Source of the DNA: Candidatus Poribacteria bacterium
GTDB lineage: Bacteria; Poribacteria; WGA-4E; WGA-3G
NCBI GenBank assembly: GCA_026710795.1
Contig: JAPOQK010000037.1
Location: 37,514-101,513, forward strand
Length of the DNA stretch: 64,000 bases
Direction of reading: 5' to 3'
In this document: piece by piece, positions 18,797 to 28,508 of the stretch
How the letters are laid out: every line of letters starts with the position of its first letter
Position numbering within the stretch: the stretch's first letter is position 1
Program-made: the position numbers and the translations under genes
Notes under the pieces: model-generated
Databases searched by the model: none
Told to the model about the DNA's origin: nothing
Seen by the model: only the letters and a program-made list of their open reading frames with translations

Positions 18797-20101
18797 CTAA
18801 CGTCTTGGTCTAAATGAAGGAATGCCTGTTTTATCAAACCGTTCTTTTACTGCTTTCATTAGTTCAGGTGTTATTTCCCGATATCCGTGTTCGCGTGCAT
18901 ATTTTTCAACGCTTTTAACAACCATTCCGCGTGCAAATGAGGGGACTCGTTTTAACCTTTGTTCCGCAGCATCATTCCAATGCAAATCGTAATCAGGTTC
19001 TGTACCGAAAGCAGTTCGTTTTTCGAGCTGAACAGGTTTCTGTCCTTGTTGTCCCGGTTGGTATTCACACGATTCATCTGCTGCGAGATAGTTACCATTC
19101 GTTGCATAAGCACGTGCTCTACATCCACCACAAACTTCTCTGAATTCACATGCACCACATTTTCCCTGAAGCATATCTCGATTGCGTAAGTTATGAAATG
19201 TTTCCGACTCATTCCACAGTTTGACAAAGCTCTCATCTTTGAGATTTCCGACACTGACAGGTAAATATGGACATGGTGTTAGTTCACCTTCAGGACTGAT
19301 GCGGCAATAGTAGATACCACATGGACAAGTTCCGCTTGGATAACCTTGAAGGAAAGCAGAGTCCGATTGTTGTTCATAGATAACGCGTTTGTAGTGTGGT
19401 GCACATTTTGCTGCGATGAGCATCTTACCACTATATTCTGCTTGCAGTTTAAACATTGTCTCAAGCATCTCTTCATATTGTGCAGGTGTAATGTCCATTA
19501 CCGTTTTACCTCTACCGGTCCGCACCAGAAAATAGAGGTTTAGCACTTTCGCACCCAACTGATAAGCGTATTCTACTATCTCGGGGATTTCGTCGTAATT
19601 CCATTGCGTAACTGATGTTTGAACGAGGAAGTCAAGTTGTGCACGTTTCAGTGCATCAATACCACCCATTGTTGCTTTCCAAGCACCCTCCATTCCACGA
19701 AACTTGTCGTGATTTGTAGGTTGAATTGAATCAAGACTTATCCCCGCACCCGTAACTCCATGTTTTTGCATCTTCTCAACCACTTCGTCGTTTAGTAGCA
19801 CTCCATTTGTTCCCATCACGACAAGAAAACCTGTATCTGAAGCATATTTTGAAATCTCCAGAATATCAGGTCTTAACAGGGGTTCACCACCGGTGAGAAT
19901 AAGAAGGATATGTGGATTGATTTCGGCTATTTCATCAATTACACGGAAGCATTCAGATTGTGTCAACTCTGTATCTCTATGGAAACCTTGTGGAAATTCA
20001 TTGGTATCCACAAAACCAGCAGGAAGATAGCAGTGTGTGCATTTCAAATTGCACAATCTGGTGATATTCCATGAGACTGCTTGAACTTTTGTTTTTTCCA
20101 T
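18797..20101 (-). CDS. Radical SAM enzyme with SPASM domain and C-terminal PCP_red-like module
   Basis: It has CNLKCTHC (CxxxCxxC), LTGGEPLLRPD, and the SPASM Cys cluster (CAPHY...GTCPCG..YCRI...CPY...GKCGACEFREVCGGCRARAY). The C-terminus is WNDAAEQRLKRVPSFARGMVVKSVEKYAREHGYREIT. Confidence 0.8.
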   Translation of the reverse strand: MEKTKVQAVSWNITRLCNLKCTHCYLPAGFVDTNEFPQGFHRDTELTQSECFRVIDEIAEINPHILLILTGGEPLLRPDILEISKYASDTGFLVVMGTNGVLLNDEVVEKMQKHGVTGAGISLDSIQPTNHDKFRGMEGAWKATMGGIDALKRAQLDFLVQTSVTQWNYDEIPEIVEYAYQLGAKVLNLYFLVRTGRGKTVMDITPAQYEEMLETMFKLQAEYSGKMLIAAKCAPHYKRVIYEQQSDSAFLQGYPSGTCPCGIYYCRISPEGELTPCPYLPVSVGNLKDESFVKLWNESETFHNLRNRDMLQGKCGACEFREVCGGCRARAYATNGNYLAADESCEYQPGQQGQKPVQLEKRTAFGTEPDYDLHWNDAAEQRLKRVPSFARGMVVKSVEKYAREHGYREITPELMKAVKERFDKTGIPSFRPRR

Positions 20102-20104
20102 TTG

Positions 20105-20560
20105 TTATCTCAATAACATTGCAAGCGCGAACACAATTAATCCAGAAAAAAGTGTTAAATGACCAAAGATAGTGATATGAGGTGGCACGTTAACTTTGCT
20201 TTCTGGTTGTGTTGCTTCAAGATGTCGTCTAAACGACGAACTGTATAATCCCCAAAAGAGTGTCATAATACCGAATGCTGCTAACTTTGCACCTGAATAT
20301 ATCATATATTCCGTTTCGATTTTCATATCGTTATTCCAAGCAACTATGAAGATTACAATTCCACCAGTTAGTAAGATAATATTTATTACCACTTTGATTA
20401 GGTGCCGAAATCGGTTGTGGATTGCCAATAGGTCTTGCGCTGGTAGATTCTGCCGAACTATTGGGATTGCAATCAAGGTTGAAAAAACAATACCTCCAAA
20501 CCAAATAATTACTGCAATGAGATGGATATATCGAATAAAAAGTTCAACAAACGTCCGCAT
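20105..20560 (-). CDS. Four-helix membrane protein, CopD/HemJ-like
   Basis: It has the HLIAVIIWFGGIVF motif (H..A...W.GG), shared by the CopD and HemJ families. Confidence 0.45.
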   Translation of the reverse strand: MRTFVELFIRYIHLIAVIIWFGGIVFSTLIAIPIVRQNLPAQDLLAIHNRFRHLIKVVINIILLTGGIVIFIVAWNNDMKIETEYMIYSGAKLAAFGIMTLFWGLYSSSFRRHLEATQPESKVNVPPHITIFGHLTLFSGLIVFALAMLLR

Positions 20561-20808
20561 TGTCTGTTTTATTCTGAATTTACCTTATGATTAAGTATCA
20601 GATTATACTACCTCAGAGAATTCTGTTACATAACCGAACTATGTAGCCCATACTTTTCGTTGACAAAGATATGATGCAAACTAATAGTTTACGTTACAAA
20701 AAGATTCATATTTCGAGTTCACGTTATTATAAGTTGACACTATCGGTAAAGCCTTCTTAGGTGATAGCATTTGAAAGTAGAAGCATCATATCCTTACCTC
20801 ATGAAAAT

Positions 20809-20886
20809 GTGACCTTTTGCACGTCACTGTGACGTTTTGAATCCAGTCAGGATAAGGAATGTGACGCGAATTTCGCTTTTTTTTTT
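20809..20886 (+). repeat. Copy 2 of the roughly 78 bp intergenic repeat (inverted relative to copy 1), ending in a hairpin plus T10 on the + strand
   Basis: The sequence is GTGACCTTTTGCACGTCACTGTGACGTTTTGAATCCAGTCAGGATAAGGAATGTGACGCGAATTTCGC-T10. It contains the 15 bp palindrome ACGTCAC-T-GTGACGT. Confidence 0.6.
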
Positions 20887-21224
20887 GGGCACCCTTTTGG
20901 TTCTGTTTCATTCAATATATAGGTGTAAATTTAAGAACATACCTGTCATTCGCGGGATCAACGCACTCCAAGATAATTGTTGATTTCGCTAAGATTACAA
21001 TTTTGGGTTCCTGCATCATTAGGATTCTCTTAGACAAAGTTAACTTTTTGGAATATATTGTTTGGTTTTTCAATGTTTTCACACTTGAATAATATGATTG
21101 TTTGATGGCATTTATTGTAAATTTGCTTAGTAATTAATTGAATCAACTATTTGTAAAATATAATATAACACATATATTAACGTTTGTCAAATTATTTTTC
21201 TGTATATGTATTATTTATATCCGA

Positions 21225-21761
21225 TTAAAACTGTGTTGGGAAGTTTCCACGTGCTGCGTCCATTATTTCACCAGTTATTTCGGTATGTCCGTTATCTTTT
21301 GCAAAACTTTCAATCCCCATCTTTGCCATTGGACGCACAAAACTTGGTATACGTTCTAATCGTTCCAGTGCTTCGGGTGTCCATTTTAAACCTGACTGTT
21401 CAGGTTCAGACGTAGGCTCAAAATTTTCATCAAATGCATCGGAGATTACAGAGGTGAAAGGACATTTCCCACCCTCACCGGTTTCGCTATTTGCATTTTC
21501 CGATGATATGTTTGTGAATGAATCTTTCTTCGCGGTTTCTAATTGTGAACGTACCATCTGCATCGGTTGAGCTGCTTCGCTCTTTCCTCCGAGTTGAAGG
21601 TCCAGGGATTTCAGCATCTGCGTTTCCGATGGATTGAGGTACATGGCGATTTCTGTAAAACAGTCGGGACACTCAAAAACTGCCGTGACGGAACCTTGTT
21701 CAGGACGAGTTACGTCCTTAAATTTCATTGCTGTGTCGCAGTCTATACATAAGAATTTCAT
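21225..21761 (-). CDS. Zn-ribbon protein with C-terminal PCP_red-like module
   Basis: The N-terminus has CIDC...CPDC. The C-terminus is WTPEALERLERIPSFVRPMAKMGIESFAKDNGHTEITGEIM. Confidence 0.5.
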   Translation of the reverse strand: MKFLCIDCDTAMKFKDVTRPEQGSVTAVFECPDCFTEIAMYLNPSETQMLKSLDLQLGGKSEAAQPMQMVRSQLETAKKDSFTNISSENANSETGEGGKCPFTSVISDAFDENFEPTSEPEQSGLKWTPEALERLERIPSFVRPMAKMGIESFAKDNGHTEITGEIMDAARGNFPTQF

Positions 21762-21809
21762 TGTTTAGTCTCCATCATTTACTGAAAAGTCGAAGCACAG
21801 TAACTCATA

Positions 21810-22691
21810 TTATGTATTAAAGAAATCTTGAATCTTTTGTGCTATCTCTGTAATTGCTATTGTTACAGGGGTGTCATGATATTCATTCAGATACGGTGTG
21901 CCGTTATCGCTACAACTTGATAATTTGGGATCGAAAGGTATTCTACCGAGACTTATTTTGCTGAACGTATTTTCAGGTGTATCCTGATCAGAAAAGAGAG
22001 ATTCGTGTTCACCACAGTGTTTACACACATAATAAGCCATGTTTTCAACAACTCCGATAATCGGGACATTAAGAATATCCGATGCCATAGTTATTGACTT
22101 CTGGACAATCAGGTGTGAGACTTCCGATGGGATTGTCACTACGACCACACCACCGAGATTTGGGATAAGTTCAACCACATTTGGTAGACGATCTGATCCT
22201 GGTGGCAGATCCAGAAGAAGGTAATCTAAATCACCCCATTCAGTATCTCCGATAAACTCTCGTAGTGCGCCAACCTCCATTGTGCTACGCCATGTGAAAG
22301 CGTCCTTTTGTGTCTGTGCGTTCCACATTACAGGAGCATCATCTTCAGACAATAGTAGATCCATTGAGATAATCTTGGTGCCAAGTGAGGAGATGGCAGG
22401 TTGCACACCAGACAAAGTAAATTCAAGTTTAGCGTTCCGGACACCTATCATTTTTGCTATTGACGGTCCGTTGATGTCAGCATCTACAATGCCGACTGAA
22501 TATCCTTTCAGGGTAAGTGCAGTAGCAAGGTTAGTTGTAATTGCACTCTTACCAACACCCCCTTTTCCGCTCATGATAGCGACCGTATGTTTGATGGAAG
22601 ATAGACGTTTACTGATTCGGTTTGCTTGTGCAGTGACCTGTCCGATTATATTTGAACCGGCATCATCCGGTAGTTCCTTATAACTTTTCAC
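21810..22691 (-). CDS. apbC: Mrp/NBP35/ApbC-family Fe-S cluster carrier ATPase
   Basis: It has the deviant Walker A (SGKGGVGKS) and the C-terminal CKHCGE motif. Confidence 0.85.
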   Translation of the reverse strand: MKSYKELPDDAGSNIIGQVTAQANRISKRLSSIKHTVAIMSGKGGVGKSAITTNLATALTLKGYSVGIVDADINGPSIAKMIGVRNAKLEFTLSGVQPAISSLGTKIISMDLLLSEDDAPVMWNAQTQKDAFTWRSTMEVGALREFIGDTEWGDLDYLLLDLPPGSDRLPNVVELIPNLGGVVVVTIPSEVSHLIVQKSITMASDILNVPIIGVVENMAYYVCKHCGEHESLFSDQDTPENTFSKISLGRIPFDPKLSSCSDNGTPYLNEYHDTPVTIAITEIAQKIQDFFNT

Positions 22692-23974
22692 TCTTTACTT
22701 TCAATCTCATTGCTTATAGCATATAAAGCATCGTAACTTCGCAAGTATAACGTGCCATTTGCAATAACTGGTGATGCAGCAATGGTTTCGCCAATTGTAT
22801 TAGTAGCGACAATTTCAAATTCGCGTCCTGCTTTTATGACATTCACCACACCATCTCTTGCAGTGATATAGATGTTACCATTTGCATAGACAGGTGAAGA
22901 ACGGTGTCGGCGGTCATGCGTCCGTTTTTCATAAAGTTTCTCTCCTGTATTGGCATCAAGACAGATAAGAACCCCGTTTTCTCTGCACAGATAGACGAGA
23001 TTATCGTGAATGAGTGGTGATGGTACGTCAGGCGTTCCGCGTTGGAGTTTCCATAATTGGAATTCGGTGTCTGTTATAACACCAGTTCCTGATGGGTTTA
23101 TACCCAGAACAGGTCCGTTTTTTGCAGAAGGTACTACAATTAGTCCATCAGTTGCAACAGGTGTGGCAACAAGTCGGAATGCAGAATTATAACTTTCATG
23201 TGAATTTATACCTCCACATCGCCATATTTCGCTACCATCTTTTAGGTTGTGCGCTGTGACATAATCTGCACCATGAACTACGAGGAATTCGTGCTTAGAA
23301 TCACGGTAAATAATAGGTGATGTGTATGCTTGTTCCGACTCTCTCCTCGCATCACTCTCTCTTTCATGTTTCCATACTTCATTACCAGTCATCTTGTCAA
23401 GTGCTAAGACCAACCAAGCATTACTGTGGATTAGCTGAATATAAAGTCTATCCTTATATAGTAATGGTGAAGTAGACATGATAAAATATAAGCTAAAATT
23501 GCCGTAACGTTCTTCAAGGTTTGTTTTCCAAACAGGTTTCCCATTAATGTCATAACAAGCGAGATCACCGGATCCAAGAAATGCCCACACATACTTACCA
23601 TCAGTTGTTGGGGAGGGTGCAGCATTGTTAACTTCACCTCTGCGTTTAGTGCTGTTCCCTTGTGCTATAACTTGTTTCCATTGTTCCTCACCGTCAGTGC
23701 TAATACACATAAGCACTAAATCATCTTGGTCAGCACATGTTAGGAATATTTTGTCATCCCATACCGCGGGGGTAGATGCACCTTCACCCGGCAGTGGCAA
23801 TCTCCATTTAATATTCTCCGTTTGACTCCATTTGATAGGAACGTTTGTTTCTTGACTTATACCGTCGTTGTTTGGTCCCCTCCATTGGTGCCAATTTTCG
23901 GTAAAACCATAACTAATTATGATTAGAGACATAAGTAGGAAAATCAACGTAATTTTAATTGTATTTTTATGCAT
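22688..23974 (-). CDS. Secreted PQQ-like beta-propeller repeat protein (BamB-like fold)
   Basis: It has a signal peptide and repeated ...DG.LYA.D..TG...W... blades. Its stop overlaps the apbC start (ATGA). Confidence 0.7.
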   Translation of the reverse strand: MHKNTIKITLIFLLMSLIIISYGFTENWHQWRGPNNDGISQETNVPIKWSQTENIKWRLPLPGEGASTPAVWDDKIFLTCADQDDLVLMCISTDGEEQWKQVIAQGNSTKRRGEVNNAAPSPTTDGKYVWAFLGSGDLACYDINGKPVWKTNLEERYGNFSLYFIMSTSPLLYKDRLYIQLIHSNAWLVLALDKMTGNEVWKHERESDARRESEQAYTSPIIYRDSKHEFLVVHGADYVTAHNLKDGSEIWRCGGINSHESYNSAFRLVATPVATDGLIVVPSAKNGPVLGINPSGTGVITDTEFQLWKLQRGTPDVPSPLIHDNLVYLCRENGVLICLDANTGEKLYEKRTHDRRHRSSPVYANGNIYITARDGVVNVIKAGREFEIVATNTIGETIAASPVIANGTLYLRSYDALYAISNEIESKE

Positions 23975-24043
23975 GATGAATCTCCATATTCAGAGAACCT
24001 TGTTAGGGTTCGTTTTAAGTATGTGTGTCTCGTGTATGGCAAA

Positions 24044-24472
24044 TCAGCGGTTTTCGTCTGTCCACAGACCTCGGTCATGACCGTTCCACTGATACGGTAC
24101 TATTTTTGACAATGTGCCGATATCGTATTCAGGAAACTTGTATCCTTCCTCAATTACATAACCTTCGTTTGTATAAATGGGAAAATCAAGTTTGGGGTAA
24201 GAAGTTATAGGTTCAATTTCAATCCACACGTCAAGTTCACCGAGAACTGTTTTGTAGAAAAAGTCAGCGGAATGACTTTCATGTTTTAAAATCATGATTG
24301 TGCCAGATTGTTTCACCTCTCCGTTGGATGAACGGACTTTCAATGCAATTAATAGATCTTCTGTTGGTGGAGGATTTGAATGTAACTTGAACCACAGACC
24401 GTGGATAGAACCTTCGGCTGCACCTTCATTTGGTCCAAGGATTTGGAATGAAATCGTCGGAATTATATTCAT
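24044..24472 (-). CDS. Hypothetical protein
   Basis: The 142 aa ORF lies in the minus-strand operon. No motif is recognised. Confidence 0.4.
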   Translation of the reverse strand: MNIIPTISFQILGPNEGAAEGSIHGLWFKLHSNPPPTEDLLIALKVRSSNGEVKQSGTIMILKHESHSADFFYKTVLGELDVWIEIEPITSYPKLDFPIYTNEGYVIEEGYKFPEYDIGTLSKIVPYQWNGHDRGLWTDENR

Positions 24473-24489
24473 TTTATACCTCCGACTAA

Positions 24490-26424
24490 TTATGTTTCAC
24501 TATCTCCATTGTTCGATTGTTGGTAATACTCGCCTAACACCTCGTTTGCCAGACTTCTTCCGTTTTCAATAACCCGTGCAGCAAAATCAAGTGTAACCTC
24601 TGTGATATTTGCTTCTTGTGCACGTTGTTCAATGCGAGTTTGCGTTATTTTTCTCATAAAACCTTCAGGTACTAAGTTTAAGCGTTCCACTGCATCCTCA
24701 GTCCATTGAAAAATACTTTCAATGTCTACATTAGCAGAAGCATTTTGTGAGTCGGTCTGTGATTGCATAGCTCTGAGTTCTGGTGCATCTTCTCGGACAG
24801 CAGCTGCTTCTCCCATGCTGTCGTCAATAATCTCTGTTGCAAATGCATTCGTAATAGTGCCAATTTTCTGAGAACGTGCAGATTTTTCTATCCGTGCTTT
24901 AACGTTTCGTCGCATATAACCGCGAGGTACCGTACGAAGTGCTTTTTTGGCTTGATCTGACCATTGTAGACGGATCCCATCAAATGTCTCCTCCTCAGCA
25001 GTGCCACCTTCGTCAATAGCGATGTGTTCAAGTGAGTTTTTGTCAACCATTTGGAAACGTTCTGGTGGAGAACTACATACGGGACATTGGACGGGTTGTT
25101 GGTTATGTGCGGCATAACCACATTCGCCACAGATGTATGTTTGGACTGCATCCGCTTCTAAAACTTTTTGTTCAGCGATTTCCTTTGCAACGCGTGTCAG
25201 TTTTTCTGATGCGCGCTGTGGCATAATTGCTTCCATTGCTTTATCAATAACACTTTCAGTGATAACGGAATGACCTCGCTCAATAGCAAAACGGTGTACA
25301 GCTGTCTTTGCAATACCGCGAACCAGTGGCGGTGCTTTTTCCATACGATCCATAGCCTCTTGCGTCCAAACAAGTGTTTCTTCGGCTTTTACATCAATTT
25401 GTGGGAAATAGCGTTGGCTTGATAGAAGCACATTACACGGGGCGAGTCTTAGTAGATTTTCTGCAGTGCTGCCAATATCTGTATCTTGTTCACTATGAAC
25501 TCCGATTCTACCTAAAACAAGAAGCCAAGGTTCAGTTTTTCGTGTGTATTGTATAATTTTTTCGTAGGCTTTTCCGTCAAGAAGAGTGATTTTCAGTTGG
25601 TAGTTGTGTTCTTCTTTTGCGATTGAACGTGCAACCTCAAGGTGTGACTGATATATCTTGGCAAGTCCTGTATCTATTACTTCTTCATGCAGTTGTTCTT
25701 GTTCTTTAAATTTGAATGTTCTTGCGGCACGTTCGGTTAGTACGTTGACAACGGAATTAAACACGATGTAGTGCAGATATGGATCATATACACCCACTGC
25801 TTCCACTTGTCTGTTGAACTTCTGCCCAAGACTTATTGCAGTCTTCAACCCAGAAAAAGATTCTGGACTTCCATCAATTCCGACGAGAATATTCCCTTTT
25901 TGTTCCTCCATTGGTTCAAGGTTTCTCACGATCAGCGTATCTGTTGTAATCCGTCGCACGACGCGTTCACAGACTCCACCGATTAGACTATCCTTGACAG
26001 CCCCCATACCGAGTGCACCCATTATTACCAGATCGTAATCGCTTTCTTGTATGTCCTCAACCAATTTGATGTAGTGCTTCCCTTCTGGCATCTTTGGTTC
26101 AAATGGAATATCAAATTTTTCGCATTTATGCTTCATCACCTCAAGATAAGAATCCGATATGAGTTGGAGTCCCATAGTGATAAGCGTATCATGAATGCGA
26201 CGTTGTTTTTCCAGTTCCACTTCGTCTTGATATTCTTCCGGTAAAGTATACTCCATCTGTTTGAAGCGCACATCATGCATTTTTGCTGCGTAGACGTGTG
26301 ACCCGACCAAATGTGCATCGAATTTCTTCGCGAATTCCACTGCTAAGTCTATGCTGGCATCGGAATAGTCTGAATTGTCAACGGGAACATATATTTTATT
26401 CATAATCTTTTCCACACTTTTCAA
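24490..26424 (-). CDS. Multidomain protein with two UspA domains, three PCP_red-like modules and a Zn-ribbon
   Basis: Tandem Usp domains span the first roughly 300 aa. Three repeats follow: WTQEAMDRMEKAPPLVRGIAKTAVHRFA..., WSDQAKKALRTVPRGYMRRNVKARIEKSA... and WTEDAVERLNLVPEGFMRKITQTRIEQRA.... A CGECG...CPVC ribbon is also present. Confidence 0.65.
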   Translation of the reverse strand: MKSVEKIMNKIYVPVDNSDYSDASIDLAVEFAKKFDAHLVGSHVYAAKMHDVRFKQMEYTLPEEYQDEVELEKQRRIHDTLITMGLQLISDSYLEVMKHKCEKFDIPFEPKMPEGKHYIKLVEDIQESDYDLVIMGALGMGAVKDSLIGGVCERVVRRITTDTLIVRNLEPMEEQKGNILVGIDGSPESFSGLKTAISLGQKFNRQVEAVGVYDPYLHYIVFNSVVNVLTERAARTFKFKEQEQLHEEVIDTGLAKIYQSHLEVARSIAKEEHNYQLKITLLDGKAYEKIIQYTRKTEPWLLVLGRIGVHSEQDTDIGSTAENLLRLAPCNVLLSSQRYFPQIDVKAEETLVWTQEAMDRMEKAPPLVRGIAKTAVHRFAIERGHSVITESVIDKAMEAIMPQRASEKLTRVAKEIAEQKVLEADAVQTYICGECGYAAHNQQPVQCPVCSSPPERFQMVDKNSLEHIAIDEGGTAEEETFDGIRLQWSDQAKKALRTVPRGYMRRNVKARIEKSARSQKIGTITNAFATEIIDDSMGEAAAVREDAPELRAMQSQTDSQNASANVDIESIFQWTEDAVERLNLVPEGFMRKITQTRIEQRAQEANITEVTLDFAARVIENGRSLANEVLGEYYQQSNNGDSET

Positions 26425-26438
26425 ACAAGGGTATGGAT

Positions 26439-26711
26439 TTATTCAATCTCTACATCATTAGTAGGTTTGTAACGAGAACCGATAATACTTCCGAGTATGT
26501 GTGCAAGTATAACTACAGGCCATAAGTAAATCATCGCAGTTTGCCAATCCCAGTGTAAAACAAATCGTCGTATGACAATGTTAAGGACAATCGGAATATA
26601 TAAACATCTACCCCATGGACGACTAAACTTTTTGTATCGTACCCGATAAAATCCGAAAGGAAAATGAACCAGAAATGCTGCAAAGGAAATAATTAGGTTC
26701 AATTCCTTCAT
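26439..26711 (-). CDS. Small two-helix membrane protein (unknown)
   Basis: The 90 aa hydrophobic ORF overlaps the SCO1 stop by 4 nt. Confidence 0.35.
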   Translation of the reverse strand: MKELNLIISFAAFLVHFPFGFYRVRYKKFSRPWGRCLYIPIVLNIVIRRFVLHWDWQTAMIYLWPVVILAHILGSIIGSRYKPTNDVEIE

Positions 26712-27367
26712 CTTTCAAGAAGAGTCTTTACATCCTCGCGAAGACGTTTCATCGCGGGTTTGTGATGACTATCGTAATAATCGTATATTACTCCGTCTGG
26801 TGCGACGAGAACAAACTTTCTACTATGTGGAAGTATACCCTCGTGATATGCTGCGGCTAATTTAAATCCCTCGTTAGCCAGTTTGTAAATCTGTGCCTTA
26901 TCCCCCGTTAAGAAATGCCATCGACTCTCGTCTGCTCCGTGTTGCATAGCATAACGTGAGAGAACATCGGTTGTATCTCGTTCTGGATCAACTGTGAATG
27001 ATACAAAATTTATTTTTTGTGAGTCAAATTCCGATTGTAGGTTTGCCATCTCCAGTGTCATTTTAGGACATATCGTAGGACAATTGGTAAAGATAAAATC
27101 TGCAACCCAAACTTTTCCTGTTAAATCAGATAAGGTTAAGCTATCACCTTGTTGGTTGATTAGACTGAAGTTGGGAACATTTGTTGTTACAATCTCTGGA
27201 TTAGACTCTGGTTTATTATTAAAGAATGACCATATATTGAATAGGGCAATACTGATGATGATTATGCCTAAAACAATCCACAGTAGTGTGCTTTTATCAA
27301 TTTTTCGGTTTACCTGAGAGAGGTTACTTGAATAGTTCTCCATTTTATTTGTGGATACAGAAGGCAA
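26708..27367 (-). CDS. SCO1/SenC copper chaperone
   Basis: It has a TM anchor, a thioredoxin-fold and CPTICP (CxxxC) plus a downstream His. Confidence 0.8.
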   Translation of the reverse strand: MPSVSTNKMENYSSNLSQVNRKIDKSTLLWIVLGIIIISIALFNIWSFFNNKPESNPEIVTTNVPNFSLINQQGDSLTLSDLTGKVWVADFIFTNCPTICPKMTLEMANLQSEFDSQKINFVSFTVDPERDTTDVLSRYAMQHGADESRWHFLTGDKAQIYKLANEGFKLAAAYHEGILPHSRKFVLVAPDGVIYDYYDSHHKPAMKRLREDVKTLLER

Positions 27368-27388
27368 ATTTTTCCATTTATCCAGACC

Positions 27389-27733
27389 TTAGTGGGGAGT
27401 AGTATCAACTACTTCTGCAGCTGGTTTTTCTATTGCATTGAGACGTGTATCTATAGTAAGATCGGGCATCAGCATAATTACCAGAAAAACACAGATAAGA
27501 AATGGTGTAATAACGATTGTTGCCAAAATACCTTTCTCAAATTTAAGGTGCATGAAGTAAGCAGCAACTAATATAGCCTTACCACATGCCAAACCGATGA
27601 GTAGTATGGCTTTAATAATAATAGAATATTCTGGGATAGCAATTCCTACTTCAATAGCAGTTAAGATAGCAAGATATAAGAAAATTAACATGTATCTTGG
27701 ATGTTCATGATGTCCGTTTTGAGCCATATTCAT
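27389..27733 (-). CDS. Cytochrome c oxidase subunit IV (prokaryotic CoxD/CtaF-like)
   Basis: The 114 aa protein has three hydrophobic helices and is positioned immediately after subunit III. Confidence 0.5.
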   Translation of the reverse strand: MNMAQNGHHEHPRYMLIFLYLAILTAIEVGIAIPEYSIIIKAILLIGLACGKAILVAAYFMHLKFEKGILATIVITPFLICVFLVIMLMPDLTIDTRLNAIEKPAAEVVDTTPH

Positions 27734-27739
27734 GTCCTC

Positions 27740-28411
27740 CTACAGTAAATAGATAAAGGTGAAAACCATAATCCAAATTAGGTCAACGAAATGCCAATAA
27801 AGTCCTACTATTTCAACCTCATGGTTGAACTCAGCAGTATATCTTCCACGTAACCCATGTATCAGAATTACAATAAGATAAATCACACCACCAGTTACAT
27901 GTAACCCGTGGAAACCTGTGATTGTATAGAATGCGGGACCGAAAAGATTTGAACCAGAGATAGCACCACCTTTTAGTCCGTGCTCAGGAATTTCAGTGAG
28001 TGTTAACCCGTGTTTTATCAGAGCATTCCATTCATACGCCTGTAACCCCAGAAATATGATACCCCCTAAGATAGTTAAACCAAGGAAAGTACACATCCGA
28101 GATACGTTGCCTTTCTGAATTGATTCCAACGCTTTTACCATGGTAACGCTACTGCATATTAACAGAAAAGTCATGCCTGCAGTCAGATTAATCCCGAGGA
28201 TCTCACTTGGTGGAACCCATCCAATTACACCGGCACCAGCTCGGAGTGCGGCATAGACTGCAAGTAGTGCGCCGAATGACATGGTATCACCTATAAGGAA
28301 AATCCACATGCCGAGTTTGCCGAGACTATCAGGTGTTAACGATGGTTCGTATACGTCTTCAGTATGTTCTAAAGTGGTAGCTTGTTCCACTATATTTAAC
28401 TCCTTTTCCAA
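27740..28411 (-). CDS. Heme-copper oxidase subunit III
   Basis: It has the five-helix CoxC pattern (...GFHGLHVTGGVIYLIVILIHGL..). Confidence 0.8.
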   Translation of the reverse strand: MEKELNIVEQATTLEHTEDVYEPSLTPDSLGKLGMWIFLIGDTMSFGALLAVYAALRAGAGVIGWVPPSEILGINLTAGMTFLLICSSVTMVKALESIQKGNVSRMCTFLGLTILGGIIFLGLQAYEWNALIKHGLTLTEIPEHGLKGGAISGSNLFGPAFYTITGFHGLHVTGGVIYLIVILIHGLRGRYTAEFNHEVEIVGLYWHFVDLIWIMVFTFIYLL

Positions 28412-28508
28412 TAATTATATGCTTTGGTAGACATTGTTTGAAACAGCTGCTACAAACGTTAGTCCCCTTATTTAAGATGCATTATATTTCACAAATAGGC
28501 ATATTAAA

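Noticed and set aside
1001-20886. The two inverted roughly 78 bp repeats as terminal inverted repeats of a 19.8 kb composite transposon
   Set aside because: There is no transposase or integrase between them. The content is core metabolism. The repeats carry terminator or sRNA-like features and look more like dispersed REP/MITE elements.
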